Shown one piece after another: positions 16,290 through 27,550 of a stretch of 64,000 nt of DNA. The notes below the pieces were generated by a model. That model ran no database searches and was not told the DNA's origin. It saw only the letters and a list, made by a program, of their open reading frames with translations. How positions within the stretch are numbered: position 1 is the first letter of the stretch; the number at the start of each line of letters is the position of its first letter. The translations under genes were made by a program, and so were the position numbers. Origin of the DNA: Eledone cirrhosa (lineage: Eukaryota). Location of the stretch: NCBI GenBank assembly GCA_964016885.1, contig OZ024740.1, positions 210,676,001 through 210,740,000 on the forward strand. Reading direction: 5' to 3'.

Positions 16290-16724
16290 ATGGTTTCTGA
16301 TTTAGGCTCAAGGTCAACAATTTTTGGGGAAGGGAAAGTCGACCCCAGTGTGTTACTGGCACTTCCTTTTATCGACCCCGAAAGGATGAAAGGCAAAGCT
16401 AACCTCGGAGTAATTTGAACTCAGAAGGTAAAGAGTCGTAACTATATGCCGCATGTTGCCTGACGTTCTACCAATTCTGCCAATCCACCGCCCTTAACTG
16501 CTTAAAATAATATGGCAATAAACTATTTATATATAATAATTGTTTCTACTTTAGGCACAAGGCCAGCAAATACCCAGTGCATTACTGGTACTTTATTTTA
16601 TCGACCCCGTAAGGATGAAAGGCAAAGTCAACCTCGGCGGGATTTGAACTCAGATCGTAAAGGGACGTAACTATGCTGGAAAGCATAGCGTCCGACCCTC
16701 TACCGATACTGCCAATCCATCGCC
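16290..16724 (-). mobile_element. Two head-to-tail tRNA-derived SINEs (Meta-domain-like family)
   Basis: A-box-like tggcagaat..gtaga, B box gagttcaaat, body gcctttcatcctt..ggggtcgataaa. Confidence 0.75.
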
Positions 16725-16854
16725 CTAATGGGCGCAGCATGATCGATTTGTTAGGAAGTTCGCTTCTCAAACATGGTGTTCCGTGTTCCATCTCATTACA
16801 TGGCATCTTGTGCAAGTGTATCAATCTAATCCTTGTGCGGGAAATTGGCTAGAC

Positions 16855-17111
16855 AGAAACTTTGGGCATGTGGTCAGAATGTCTCGGGAAAGAACCACTG
16901 GATAGATTTTACGGGCAAAACCAACAGGTAGGAGACCCAGAGGTAGACCCTGAGCAACATGGTTGGATAACATCCATGAGCTTGGCTGGTCTCGCTTGGG
17001 GATCCAGCCGGATCAGTTGGAGACGATTGCTTCTGACAGGACTTGCTAGAGAGAGTGTTTGAGGACTCTGCTCCCACGACTCTTTCAGAAGAAGAATAAG
17101 AAGAAGCAGAA

Positions 17112-17200
<89 letters not shown>
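16855..17200 (+). mobile_element. RTE-clade LINE 3' fragment with (GAA)n(TAA)n tail
   Basis: FGHVVRMSR...RAKPTGRRPRGRP..WLDNI; near-identical to 55390-55570. Confidence 0.75.
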
Positions 17201-18029
17201 TTGAATTTTTAACATATTTAAATCATTTGTGAAATAACAACTCTTAGTACAAATGCTACGTAAAGCACCCGGCTTGAGCCCAAAAAAATTCGGACCCAAA
17301 ATATATTGTTATAAGGCTCAAATATTCAAATATTCAACTTTGTATTGTACACTGTATATCCAAAAAAAAAATGGCTATAAATGGAAGAAGAAGAACCCCC
17401 CCCCCCTCCTCTCCTCTGGCTACACTATATAGGACAGCTAAACTCACCAACACCAGAAACTAGATACACCACCCACCCCATCATCTGTGTACACTAAACA
17501 CAACAGCATTTTCACCTTCACCGCCACCGCTCACTACGGCCATCATTACCACCACTATCCCATCACCGCCGCCACCACCCCTTGACTCCTTCACTGCTGC
17601 TGCCACCGCTACAGCACCATCACTACAGTAATACGGTCGCATCACCGCCACCACTGCCTCGGTATCGACATCACCACCACCACTGTCTCAGTATCGCCAA
17701 CGCCGCCAGTCTCTGCTGGCTGCCACTTCCACATTATAGAATTCCTACTACTAACAAAGAGGAAGGCATCAAAATATATAGATAGACTCAAAAGAAAAAA
17801 GAAAAAACAAACAACAAAACCAAAGCAGCACAGCAACAACAGCAAAAAACGAGAAAAACAAACAGAGAAAAACAAAAACAAAAAAAGAAACCCCCAAAAC
17901 GTAAAGAAAATAAGAATGAAGAGAGAAGCAAGCGGACGGACAGAGAAGAGGGGGGAAAAAGTAAAACTTAAAAAACAAAAACTAAGTCAGACATTCGAAT
18001 ACTACATTACAATGAAACTTATGCTTATT

Positions 18030-21000
18030 CATTTTTGGGGCCCTTTCTGCCCGTGTGTTTGTTTGTTTATGTGTGTTCGTATACAGCGTGGTGATAATGC
18101 CACACAAGGGCCAAGTGGGATGGCGGATCCACAGATGGCTATGTAAACATACATTCGCCAATCCTCGATAAGAGTGTTTAAATATCGAACATAAACAGTT
18201 CGAATAACGGTGAAATGGAGACTAGAACGTCATGTGACAGACTCTCACCCAACAGGTGCCCCCTGGCTCAGCAGCAGGAACCTGACTGTCAACCAAATAC
18301 TGCTGATGTTGGAGGAAGAAGAAGAAGGAAAGGGGCCAGAACCAACTGGACGAAAGAATTGAATAGAACTGTTATGCAATGCTACCTGAAAAGTAACCCC
18401 AAGGAGAGGGGCTACAGGAGACGGATGCATAACATCTGGAACGAGATTGGTTTATTTAAATTAGATGAAGAAAAATTGGCCGGGCAGGCTCGGGTAATAA
18501 GAACTAATGGGTGGATAAGCGAGCTGGAACTGGAGGAACTGAGCAGAGAGAATGGCTTGGAGATGGCGGGTGTAGTATGCCAGACAAGCGAGCCGGCGGG
18601 AAATGAAGGTGAGGAGGTCCTGAGAACGGAGGAACCACCCGAAGCAGACAATGATCTGAATACTGAGATAAATAATACCTGGAACAGAGATACGGCCACT
18701 GAGGAGATGAATGCTGACGGGCTAGGACAAGATTCGGTTGACATCCTAAATTTAGTGGTAGATGAGTTGAACAATGATAGTGGGAGACCTATGAACCTAA
18801 GATTTGTAGACAGGAAAAAGTTAAAAGAAACAACAGCTAAGGTAAACAAAGTCATCCCATACCTTGAGGCGAGGAGTCTTCACCAGTGCAACAATATCCT
18901 CAAAGCAACAGCAAATACGGTGAGGAAACTACTTGGTATAAAAGCGAGAGGAAACAACAGACAAGAAAGAGCAGAGCCGTGGTGGAAGAAGCGACTGAGT
19001 GGGCAAATCGGGGAAATGAGAAATGACATAGGAAAGCTTGAGTCACTACTGAATGGGACACTAAAAAACATAGGCACTAAAAATAGACTGGAAATAAAAT
19101 ACAAAACTAGGAGTAAAAAGCTAAATATTATCATAGAGGAATTGAAGCAACGCATTGTAGCAAAGAGTGCCAAAATCAGGCGATACGAGAACAGAGTCAG
19201 TCAGTATAAACAGAACCGCATGTTCGACAACAACCAGAAGATGCTGTTTGGACAGCTTGAGGGGAAAGAAAGAGGCAACGACTTGATCCCTGGGGCGGAA
19301 CAAGCTAAAACATTCTGGAGAGGAATATGGGAGCAGGATGTTAGACACAATGCCCAGGCAGGGTGGATTGAGACAGTACAGAGGGAGATCGGTGAGCAGG
19401 CACAACAACAGACTGATTTGAGTATCACAGTTGAAACTCTTAAGGGGCAAGCCAAAAAACTAACCAACTGGAAATCACCAGGCCCAGATGGTGTGCAGGG
19501 GTATTGGATTAAACATTTAACATCCCTCCACCCGAAGCTGACGGCCATGTTCAATGACTGCTTGGTGTCGGGTGAGGTGCCAGAGTGGTTGACAAAAGGT
19601 ACCACAGTTCTGATAATGAAAGACCGAATCAAGGGTAATGATGTTACCAACTATAGACCTATCACATGTCTGCCCGTAATGTGGAAACTGTTGACGAGCA
19701 TTGTGTCTGAGGAAATCTACCATCACCTCCACACAAACAACTTGTTACCGGACGAACAGAAAGGATGCCGAAAGAAGTCACGTGGTACAAAGGACCAGTT
19801 GCTTATTGATAAGATGGTAATGGGGAATTGCAGGAGGAGACACACTGATCTTGCCATGGGATGGATAGACTACAGAAAGGCATTTGACATGGTGCCTCAT
19901 TCCTGGATCACCAAAAGCCTGGAGATCTTCAGGGTGGCAGATAACATCAGACAGTTGCTGGACAGGAGTATGGGGTCCTGGGAGACAGAGTTGACATCAA
20001 CTGGAGTATCCTTGGGAAGCGTGAAGATCAAGAGAGGTATCTTCCAGGGAGATAGCCTATCCCCTCTGTTGTTTGTCCTTGCCCTGATGCCCTTGACCAT
20101 TATGCTGCGAAAAGTGAGAGCAGGATACAAGTTGGGAAGGGGAGAGCTTACCATCAATCACCTCCTCTTCATGGACGATCTTAAGCTCTTCGGGAAAAGT
20201 GAGAAGGAGTTGGATGTGCTTGTTGACACTGTCCGTATTTTCAGCAGTGATATATGTATGCAGTTTGGTATTGGTAAATGTGGAGTCATTGTGATGAAGA
20301 GGGGTAGGTTGAGCAGAAGTAACGGGATCCAGATACCAACAGGTGAGATGATAAAGGAAATTGACTCTGAGGAAGGATACAAGTATTTGGGCGTTCTGGA
20401 GGCTGATGGCATAAAGAACAAAAAAATGAAGGAATTGTTAAGAACTGAATACATTCGGAGAGTAAGGAGCGTATTGAAGTCACATCTGAACAGCAGAAAT
20501 GCCATAAGCGCAGTAAATTCCCGAGCTGTGTCTATTATTAGGTACAGTGCGGGAATTCTGAGATGGAATGTTGCTGAACAAAAAGAAATGGATAGGAAGA
20601 CTAGGAAGATATTGACTATCTACAACATGTTCCACAAGAGGAGTGATGTCGATAGACTCTACCTAAGGAGATCTGAGGGTGGAAGAGGTCTTATCAGCAT
20701 AGAGGACTGTGTTCAGATGGAGAAAAACAACCTATACAAATACGTGACCTATAGTAAGGAGCCAATGCTCAGAGCTGTACTGAAGGAGGGGACAGTAGGC
20801 CAGGGGATATCCAAGGAGGAAATAACATCAAGGAGGAAGAGCAGCCTTAAGGGAAAATCCCTTCATAGTACCTTCTTTAAGAAAACTGAATTTAGAGATC
20901 CACAGACATGGAACTGGTTGAGAAGAGGAGACCTCAAAAAGGCTACAGAAGGAATGCTAATGGCTGCGCAGGAGCAGGCCCTCAAAACGAAGTGGTTGAA

Positions 21001-21681
21001 GCACCATATCTACAAGGAGGAGGCTAGCCCACTGTGCAGGATCTGTGGAGAGAGAGAGGAGACTGTGGCTCACATTGTGTCCGAGTGTAAACACCTAGCC
21101 CAGACCCACTATAAGGGCTGGAGACACGATGTGATGGGCAGGGTGATCCACTGGCACCTGTGCAAAGTAAACAATCTACCACATTCTGAGAAATGGTATG
21201 AGCATAGGCCAGAGGCGCTGATGGAGAACAGTCAGGTGAAGGTGCTGTGGGATTTTAGGATACAGACGGACAAAAAACTGGAACACAATAGACCTGACCT
21301 GGTGGTTGTGGACAAAGAAAAAAGATCGTGCCTGATTGTGGATGTGGCCTGCCCGTTCGACACGAGAGTGCAAGAGAAGGAGAGGGAGAAAATTAACCGA
21401 TACCAGGACCTAAAGTGGGAGGTGAAAAGGATTTGGAACTGCCATGAAGTCAAAGTGATCCCGATTGTCATAGGCGCACTGGGGACTATCTCCAAAGGTT
21501 TCCAGGGATGGTTAAAGAAAATCGGCCCCTTCACGCTTTTTGGAACGCTTCAAAAGGCATGCTTGCTTGGAACAGCAAGAACCCTCCGATACGTCCTGAA
21601 TATCTGAGGCTGCAGGTAGTGGCTTGATATTCAATCCAACGGACTTTCCAGTTAACCAACATCAATGACTGAGATTCAAGG
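18030..21681 (+). mobile_element. R4/Dong-clade non-LTR retrotransposon (5' boundary approximate)
   Basis: Single RT+RLE ORF, short 3' UTR ending gagattcaagg directly into (AAT)n. Confidence 0.85.
18215..21607 (+). CDS. Intact 1130-aa reverse transcriptase / restriction-like endonuclease (R4/Dong type)
   Basis: KSPGPDG, NYRPITCL, IDYRKAFD, GIFQGDSLSP, LFMDD, YKYLG; CRICG..ETVAHIVSEC zinc knuckle, RHD, RPDLVVVD..IVDVACP..EK..RY RLE. Confidence 0.95.
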   Translation: METRTSCDRLSPNRCPLAQQQEPDCQPNTADVGGRRRRKGARTNWTKELNRTVMQCYLKSNPKERGYRRRMHNIWNEIGLFKLDEEKLAGQARVIRTNGWISELELEELSRENGLEMAGVVCQTSEPAGNEGEEVLRTEEPPEADNDLNTEINNTWNRDTATEEMNADGLGQDSVDILNLVVDELNNDSGRPMNLRFVDRKKLKETTAKVNKVIPYLEARSLHQCNNILKATANTVRKLLGIKARGNNRQERAEPWWKKRLSGQIGEMRNDIGKLESLLNGTLKNIGTKNRLEIKYKTRSKKLNIIIEELKQRIVAKSAKIRRYENRVSQYKQNRMFDNNQKMLFGQLEGKERGNDLIPGAEQAKTFWRGIWEQDVRHNAQAGWIETVQREIGEQAQQQTDLSITVETLKGQAKKLTNWKSPGPDGVQGYWIKHLTSLHPKLTAMFNDCLVSGEVPEWLTKGTTVLIMKDRIKGNDVTNYRPITCLPVMWKLLTSIVSEEIYHHLHTNNLLPDEQKGCRKKSRGTKDQLLIDKMVMGNCRRRHTDLAMGWIDYRKAFDMVPHSWITKSLEIFRVADNIRQLLDRSMGSWETELTSTGVSLGSVKIKRGIFQGDSLSPLLFVLALMPLTIMLRKVRAGYKLGRGELTINHLLFMDDLKLFGKSEKELDVLVDTVRIFSSDICMQFGIGKCGVIVMKRGRLSRSNGIQIPTGEMIKEIDSEEGYKYLGVLEADGIKNKKMKELLRTEYIRRVRSVLKSHLNSRNAISAVNSRAVSIIRYSAGILRWNVAEQKEMDRKTRKILTIYNMFHKRSDVDRLYLRRSEGGRGLISIEDCVQMEKNNLYKYVTYSKEPMLRAVLKEGTVGQGISKEEITSRRKSSLKGKSLHSTFFKKTEFRDPQTWNWLRRGDLKKATEGMLMAAQEQALKTKWLKHHIYKEEASPLCRICGEREETVAHIVSECKHLAQTHYKGWRHDVMGRVIHWHLCKVNNLPHSEKWYEHRPEALMENSQVKVLWDFRIQTDKKLEHNRPDLVVVDKEKRSCLIVDVACPFDTRVQEKEREKINRYQDLKWEVKRIWNCHEVKVIPIVIGALGTISKGFQGWLKKIGPFTLFGTLQKACLLGTARTLRYVLNI

Positions 21682-21693
21682 AATAACAATAAC

Positions 21694-21727
<34 letters not shown>

Positions 21728-21989
21728 TTTTCTTTATTAACCACAAGGGTTCACATAAAGTAGACATTAAGGACAGTACAGGACAATACAGGACGGTACA
21801 AATGGGCATTTCTGCGTGTAAAAAAACAGAGGTTGAAACAAAAACAGAGGATGTAACAAAAAATAACAATGAAAAATTCCCCAATAGGGGGCAGACTTCG
21901 GAGGGACATTTGTGGAGAAAGCCCAGTAAAAAGCCACAATGACCCTGATCACCAAGGCAAGTGCCCTCTCCCAGTTTTCCACCTTTAAT

Positions 21990-24900
21990 TTACAGATATA
22001 TACTCAGAGTAGGCCCATTCACTCGGGCCATTCTTGCTTCTCTCACCCATCTTTCAACAAAATGCTGGGAAGAGAGCACTTCCCTCTCTACTCTGATTTT
22101 CCTTTTCAAATGAAATTTGAAAAAGTCAATCAGAGCATCACCGAAGAGGTAAGTGCTCGTCTTCAGCCCTTTCAAACGTGTCCACCATACTATCTCTTTC
22201 ACCATGGCCACCAGGCAGATAAAAACTGCCTGCCCTTCCCGGCTAAAGGAGGAGGGCGGGGCAATCCTCACGATGGACTCAGATGATAGCCGGATCCGTC
22301 CTAAACGCGACAGCAGGTGTTCGACATAAACCCACAAGTCAGCAATTTTCGGACACTGGACGAGTGCGTGCAGGACGGTTTCGTCGCCCTGCGCGCATCT
22401 CGGACATGCCCGGCTGACGGCACCTCCATGCCTGTAGAGTTTATCCCGAACTGGCAAGGCTCCTCGGTAGCACTGCCAGGCCAGAGATTTCTGGAAGTTG
22501 TCCATAGGCCCTGGCCCGAAAGTTCTTCCGAAGAGATTGGCTAGTTTATTTTCGTCGACGCCTAGAGTTTCCCCAAGTACGTCGTCGCTCTTCCCCTCCA
22601 CTAATCCTCTATAGAACGCCGAGGTGGAGTTTCCACCGATCACATTGCCCGATTGGTCGAGGGCTGTGAGCGCCTGAAGACATTCCAGTCTCCAGGCGCT
22701 CCCTCTCGGTCTTCGCTTGACCCAGGACTGCAGCTCCGTCAAGGAAACGAGCTGGGGAAATACGCGTCTAGCAAACGGCGACCACACCTGATGACCGTCG
22801 AGGAAGAGGTGGAGATGTCGTAGCCTGAGCGCGTGCCTGCGCATCATCAGCCACGGCATGCCCAGCCCTCCACGTAGCGGGTGTTGACAACAGATGGACC
22901 GCCTGACCATCGGAGCGCGTCCCTTCCACAAAAAGCGAAAGAGCAAACGCTCCAGCGCAGTCAGGCGAGGCTTAGGACAAGGTACGACGGTCAGGCGGTA
23001 GCAGATGACGGATGCGATGTACGCGTTAGCCACCTCCGCTCGACCTTTCAGGGATAGCTTCCTCTCGGCCCATTTCTGGGTGAGAGAAGCCACCCTGCTC
23101 GTCACCTCGTCCCAGTTTTTGTCCGTCTGGAGGTCCGGACCGAACCAGACCCCTAGCAATTTAACCGGTCCGTCCGTCCAGCGTCCGACGACGCTGTTGG
23201 ACGGCATGGACCTGCCTCTCCAGGTGCCGAGCTGCAGGCCCACTGACTTTTCCTGGTTGATCATTGCTCCTGTCACCGCTTCGTATTCTCTTAGTGTAGT
23301 GCCGATCGCCTCGATGTGTTTGGCGTTCGACACCACTACGGTGACATCGTCCGCATATGCTGACACGGATCTTCCGCATCCTAGTTCGCGCGGGACGCCC
23401 CTCAACGTCTCCAGTTTGTGCAGTAATGGCTCGAGAGTCAATACGTACAAGAGGGACGAGAGGGGAGATCCTTGGCGGACCGAGCGCATGATGTTGAACG
23501 GTTCCGACAGGTGACCGTTCACTCTCACCACAGAGCAGATGTTGCTGTGCATGGCAGCGATCCAGCCTCTGAAGACGGGCCCAAAGCCAGCTGCCCTCAG
23601 GACTGCCGCTAGGTAACGATGGTCGACCCTATCGAAAGCTTTCGACTGATCTAAATTGATCAAGGACCCACCCGTGCCAGGTTCCCTAGCTACCCTCTCT
23701 ACGATGTATCGCATGAGGTGGAGGTTGTCGTGGATGGATCTGTCGGGAATGGCGCATGTCTGCGCCTCTCCCACCAGACCACCAACAAGCGCCAACCTCT
23801 TTGCTAGCACCTTGGCCAAAATCTTAAACTCTGTGTTTAGCAGAGTTATGGGCCGGAAATTTTCTATGTTATCCCCCTTGTTCGGATCCTTTCTCAGCAG
23901 TGCCACCGCTCCTCGGCTCATAGAACTGGGAATTCTCCCGTTCTGTTGCCAGTTGCAGTAGACGTCCGCCAAGAGGCCTCCGAACAAGTCTGGCATCTGT
24001 ACGTAAAGTTCATAGGGCAGACCATCCAAACCAGGCGATTTACCCCTTGTGCAGCCAGTCATTGCCTCCCTTACTTCAGCGGCTGTTATCGGCTTTTCGC
24101 AACACCTCGCCTCAGTGGCCGAGAGCCGCGGCAGTCCGTCGAGGTAGACACTAAAGTCCATCCCTCGACCCGGCCCACCGCTTCCCCCGAACAGCTGAGC
24201 GAAGTGTCGCTGAAAAGCTTCACACATTTTCCCGGGATCGAGTAGCATGCGCCCGTCGTGGTCCACCAAAGACCGGATCGTGGCTTTGTTGCCACGATGC
24301 GCCTCCGCCACTCGGGCCCATTGAACGGCTTTCGTCCCCTCGTGTCTGAGAGCACGCACCCTTGCTCTGACAACGCAGCCTTCGTGCTTTGCATTGAAGA
24401 ATTGGTCAAGGGCCAATTTCGCCGCAAGCACGTCGGTCGCAATGCCTTTGCTAAGCGCCTCGTCTAAATTTCTAACTAGTTCTCCCTCTGCTCTATTTTT
24501 CTCTATTGCTAAAGCCTTACTAAACCTAATCGATTCTATTCTAATCGCTCTTTTCAGAGCAAACCACCACTTGTTGTTGACGATGGCCCCCGTCAACGCC
24601 CGCTTAACTAGTTCGCTAATCCGGTCTCTGTAGGCCTTGCGCGCTGGTAAGGACGCGTTTAGCTTCCAGTAGCCGGGTCCTCGTCTATGAAGCCTATCTA
24701 AGTCAAGCACACAGATCACGAATTTGTGGTCCGTGTAGCTGACTATCTTGAATTGTGGACAGCCTATGCTAGACCTATCTATTTCCCTACAAAATACTCT
24801 ATCTAGATATGATCTGGATGACCCTATGCGATTTGTCCAAGTCCACATTGGCGCATTCGGGAAATCCAATCGGTACCTGTCAGACAGTTCAAAACGCCTG

Positions 24901-25406
24901 AGCAGGTTGGTGAGGCTCTTGCACCCTCCACCCCTATCCGCTAATCCCACACAGTCCCAGCGTGCATCTAAGATCCCGTTCCAGTCGCCCACTAACACTA
25001 AAGAGCGGGACGTTCCAAGAAAGGTCTCCAGACGCCGGAAGAAATCAGGCCGCCCTGCTCCTGTCGGGGCATAGACGGCCACTAGCCTGAAAGCTTGCCC
25101 GTCTCCGCTGGTCACGTCCAGCACCACCAGCTTACCCTCTGGGTCCAGGAAGATGGCCCGTATGGCGAGATCCAAACCTCTCCGAAAAAGCACAGCAACT
25201 CCTCCACCCGATCCAGGACGGCTGGGAGATGCGTACACATCGTAGCCGCCGAAGATCGGTGCGAAGGCCCGTGCTTCGGAGATTCTGGTCTCGCTGATGG
25301 CCACTACATCTATGTTTAGTGACCTGAGGTCGTTGAGCAGGTGACCCTGCTTCCATGACGACCCCAAGCCACGCGCATTTATGCTGCCTATTCTGAGTGA
25401 GGTCAT
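21990..25406 (-). CDS. Tx1-type ORF2, 1138 aa: APE endonuclease + RT + C-terminal Cys/His zinc motif
   Basis: SINARGL, ISET, VYAP, GDWN, YLDR, TDH; KSPGLDG, FRPITLLN, DQSKAFD, RQGSPLS, YADD; CPRC..DETVLHALVQC. Confidence 0.95.
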   Translation of the reverse strand: MTSLRIGSINARGLGSSWKQGHLLNDLRSLNIDVVAISETRISEARAFAPIFGGYDVYASPSRPGSGGGVAVLFRRGLDLAIRAIFLDPEGKLVVLDVTSGDGQAFRLVAVYAPTGAGRPDFFRRLETFLGTSRSLVLVGDWNGILDARWDCVGLADRGGGCKSLTNLLRRFELSDRYRLDFPNAPMWTWTNRIGSSRSYLDRVFCREIDRSSIGCPQFKIVSYTDHKFVICVLDLDRLHRRGPGYWKLNASLPARKAYRDRISELVKRALTGAIVNNKWWFALKRAIRIESIRFSKALAIEKNRAEGELVRNLDEALSKGIATDVLAAKLALDQFFNAKHEGCVVRARVRALRHEGTKAVQWARVAEAHRGNKATIRSLVDHDGRMLLDPGKMCEAFQRHFAQLFGGSGGPGRGMDFSVYLDGLPRLSATEARCCEKPITAAEVREAMTGCTRGKSPGLDGLPYELYVQMPDLFGGLLADVYCNWQQNGRIPSSMSRGAVALLRKDPNKGDNIENFRPITLLNTEFKILAKVLAKRLALVGGLVGEAQTCAIPDRSIHDNLHLMRYIVERVAREPGTGGSLINLDQSKAFDRVDHRYLAAVLRAAGFGPVFRGWIAAMHSNICSVVRVNGHLSEPFNIMRSVRQGSPLSSLLYVLTLEPLLHKLETLRGVPRELGCGRSVSAYADDVTVVVSNAKHIEAIGTTLREYEAVTGAMINQEKSVGLQLGTWRGRSMPSNSVVGRWTDGPVKLLGVWFGPDLQTDKNWDEVTSRVASLTQKWAERKLSLKGRAEVANAYIASVICYRLTVVPCPKPRLTALERLLFRFLWKGRAPMVRRSICCQHPLRGGLGMPWLMMRRHALRLRHLHLFLDGHQVWSPFARRVFPQLVSLTELQSWVKRRPRGSAWRLECLQALTALDQSGNVIGGNSTSAFYRGLVEGKSDDVLGETLGVDENKLANLFGRTFGPGPMDNFQKSLAWQCYRGALPVRDKLYRHGGAVSRACPRCAQGDETVLHALVQCPKIADLWVYVEHLLSRLGRIRLSSESIVRIAPPSSFSREGQAVFICLVAMVKEIVWWTRLKGLKTSTYLFGDALIDFFKFHLKRKIRVEREVLSSQHFVERWVREARMARVNGPTLSIYL

Positions 25407-25441
25407 GTTTAAAATAGAGTGGAAAAGATGGGAAAGACCAC

Positions 25442-27550
25442 TTACCGTACTTTTGGTAGAGGAGGGATGGTTTTTACATCCCTTTTCACTTGATCATCTG
25501 GTGAAGGGACCGTTGAATCGTCCCTTCGGCTGGTCGTCGGCTCTTCTAAGAGAATGTCTGAATATACTCTTCGATTGATGGTTCCTCCTAGGTCCCTGAA
25601 ATCACCAACTGCGTTGGGGAATTTCGTTTTAATGTTTGTGTATTGTTTCTGTGCTATTTTTAGCAGTCTTATGTTAGTTGGCGTTTTGATTGGTGCTGGT
25701 ATTATGTAGTCCTGTTGTGAAATGTCTGTGTGTTCAATTATGTAAGTCATTAGTTTCTTGTTGTGTGTATTTATTGCCGTGCATTTGTTTTTCTGGGGGT
25801 GGGCTGTGGTTCTGCTATTTTCTTGTCGTTGTTGCTGGGTGTGTGTGTTTTGTTGTTGTGTTTGCGATGTTGGTGCTTGTGGTGGTGGTGTTGAAGGTGT
25901 TGTTGGCGGTGGGGTTGTCGCCGGTGGTGATGGTGGTGCTAGTGTGGGTGGTGATGGTGTTGGTGGTGTTGCTGCTGTGCGTCTCTTTGCAGTAGACTTT
26001 ACCCTTTTCTCATTTCTTTCCTCCCTTTTCAAAGGCGACGATGCGCTGCTTCTGCGTTTGTGCCTTCTTACGACCTTTTGCCATCCCTCTCCCACCTCAC
26101 ACTCCATGTCTGATTCTGTGAGGTCGGGGAGGGGTACCAGCTCCACTCTTTCACTTGTTGTTGTTGTTGTTGGTGATGTTTGCACTGGAGTCTCTGTTGC
26201 AGCTGCATTTGGTATTGCTGTTGTTGTTGTTAATATTTCCACTGCTGCTGCTGTTTTTGATTTCCGTGGAGTGGGTATGGGTGCCACGGACCTATCGTTC
26301 CTGGTTGCCGCTTGTCCTGTTGCTGGTAGCCGTGGAGCCGGATTCGGAAGGAGGGGGGTTTTCTCCTTTCTCAGGGTCTTCTCGTTGCAGAAGGCCCTGA
26401 GGTGAGTCTTCGATCCACAGCGAAAGCATTTCGGGCGTTTGCCCTCAACACTTATGGGCAGTTGAGTGCCGTTATCGAAGTCTATCACATCCGGGATAGC
26501 TTCGATGCACTCCTGGTTGGTTTGGATTAGCATCTCAATGGAGGTGCCGACCCAATCTTCTCTTACTTTTTTCTGTACTTGCAGTACAGTTGTTTTGTCC
26601 TCGATTCCGACGAGGACAGACGCGGCCAGCCAAGAAGGGGCCATTCCGGGGGGGACGTGGGTCAGTTTGACCCTCACAATTTTTTGCCCGCAGTAGGAGG
26701 GCACCAACACCATTTCCTCGCGCCTTAGGGTCACTACTGATTGGGCCTTTGCCTCCTGGGGTGTGGCAAAAAGTACGTCTACGGTGGCATATTTTTTGCC
26801 TCGGGTGATGTGCGTTTTCCGCTGCCACACAGACCCCAAGGCTTTTTGTATCTGAGCCTCTGTGGCTCTTTCCACCCTACGGGATTTTGTACTTACTGTA
26901 CGGTACGTGACCGTACAGTGCTGTTGGGTTTCGAAAAATTTTTCCGCTGCCTTGCAGATTGCTCGGTGTCCATTCTTTGTCACCATCTTCTTCGCTTCCT
27001 CTAATTCCTCATTTGTTATGAGGATTGTTTCCAAGTTTTTCGCAATGCCTGCAAATGAGATTGGTTTTTCTTTGCTGCTATTGTTGTTGTTGTCGTCAGA
27101 GCTGCTGGTACTTTTGTTGTTGCTGCTGGTGCTACGACTACTGCCTCCGCCGCTGTTGCTGTGGTTGTTGTTGGTGTTGCTGCTGCTAATGCTGTTGTTG
27201 TTTATGCTGCTGGTGATGCTGTTGCGGCTGCTACTGTTGTTTTCATTGTCACTGTTGCTGTTGTTATTACGGCTGCTACTGCTATTATTCCTGACGTCAG
27301 ACGAATGAACTGGGTTTTCGTATTTCCCGCACACCTGTTTCGTCGCTGTCGTCGTCGTCGTGGAGAAACCTTGCACGCTTTGCACGAGACTTTTCTTTTC
27401 TTTCGTCACTTGCGAAAGAGAAGGGAGGGAGAGAGACACATTTAAAGAAGGGAGGGAGAGAGATAATCTTCTCTCTGCTGTAGTGATGATTGAGGAAGAA
27501 GAAGACGGAATGAGTGGGAGTGACGTATGAAATTTCTTTTTCGTAGCCAT
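25442..27550 (-). CDS. Tx1-type ORF1 (gag-like, CCHC zinc knuckle), 702 aa
   Basis: CFRCGSKTHLRAFC knuckle, SFAGIAK motif, GWQKVVRR basic motif; ends 35 nt before the ORF2 ATG; true start codon uncertain. Confidence 0.85.
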   Translation of the reverse strand: MATKKKFHTSLPLIPSSSSSIITTAERRLSLSLPSLNVSLSLPSLSQVTKEKKSLVQSVQGFSTTTTTATKQVCGKYENPVHSSDVRNNSSSSRNNNSNSDNENNSSSRNSITSSINNNSISSSNTNNNHSNSGGGSSRSTSSNNKSTSSSDDNNNNSSKEKPISFAGIAKNLETILITNEELEEAKKMVTKNGHRAICKAAEKFFETQQHCTVTYRTVSTKSRRVERATEAQIQKALGSVWQRKTHITRGKKYATVDVLFATPQEAKAQSVVTLRREEMVLVPSYCGQKIVRVKLTHVPPGMAPSWLAASVLVGIEDKTTVLQVQKKVREDWVGTSIEMLIQTNQECIEAIPDVIDFDNGTQLPISVEGKRPKCFRCGSKTHLRAFCNEKTLRKEKTPLLPNPAPRLPATGQAATRNDRSVAPIPTPRKSKTAAAVEILTTTTAIPNAAATETPVQTSPTTTTTSERVELVPLPDLTESDMECEVGEGWQKVVRRHKRRSSASSPLKREERNEKRVKSTAKRRTAATPPTPSPPTLAPPSPPATTPPPTTPSTPPPQAPTSQTQQQNTHTQQQRQENSRTTAHPQKNKCTAINTHNKKLMTYIIEHTDISQQDYIIPAPIKTPTNIRLLKIAQKQYTNIKTKFPNAVGDFRDLGGTINRRVYSDILLEEPTTSRRDDSTVPSPDDQVKRDVKTIPPLPKVR

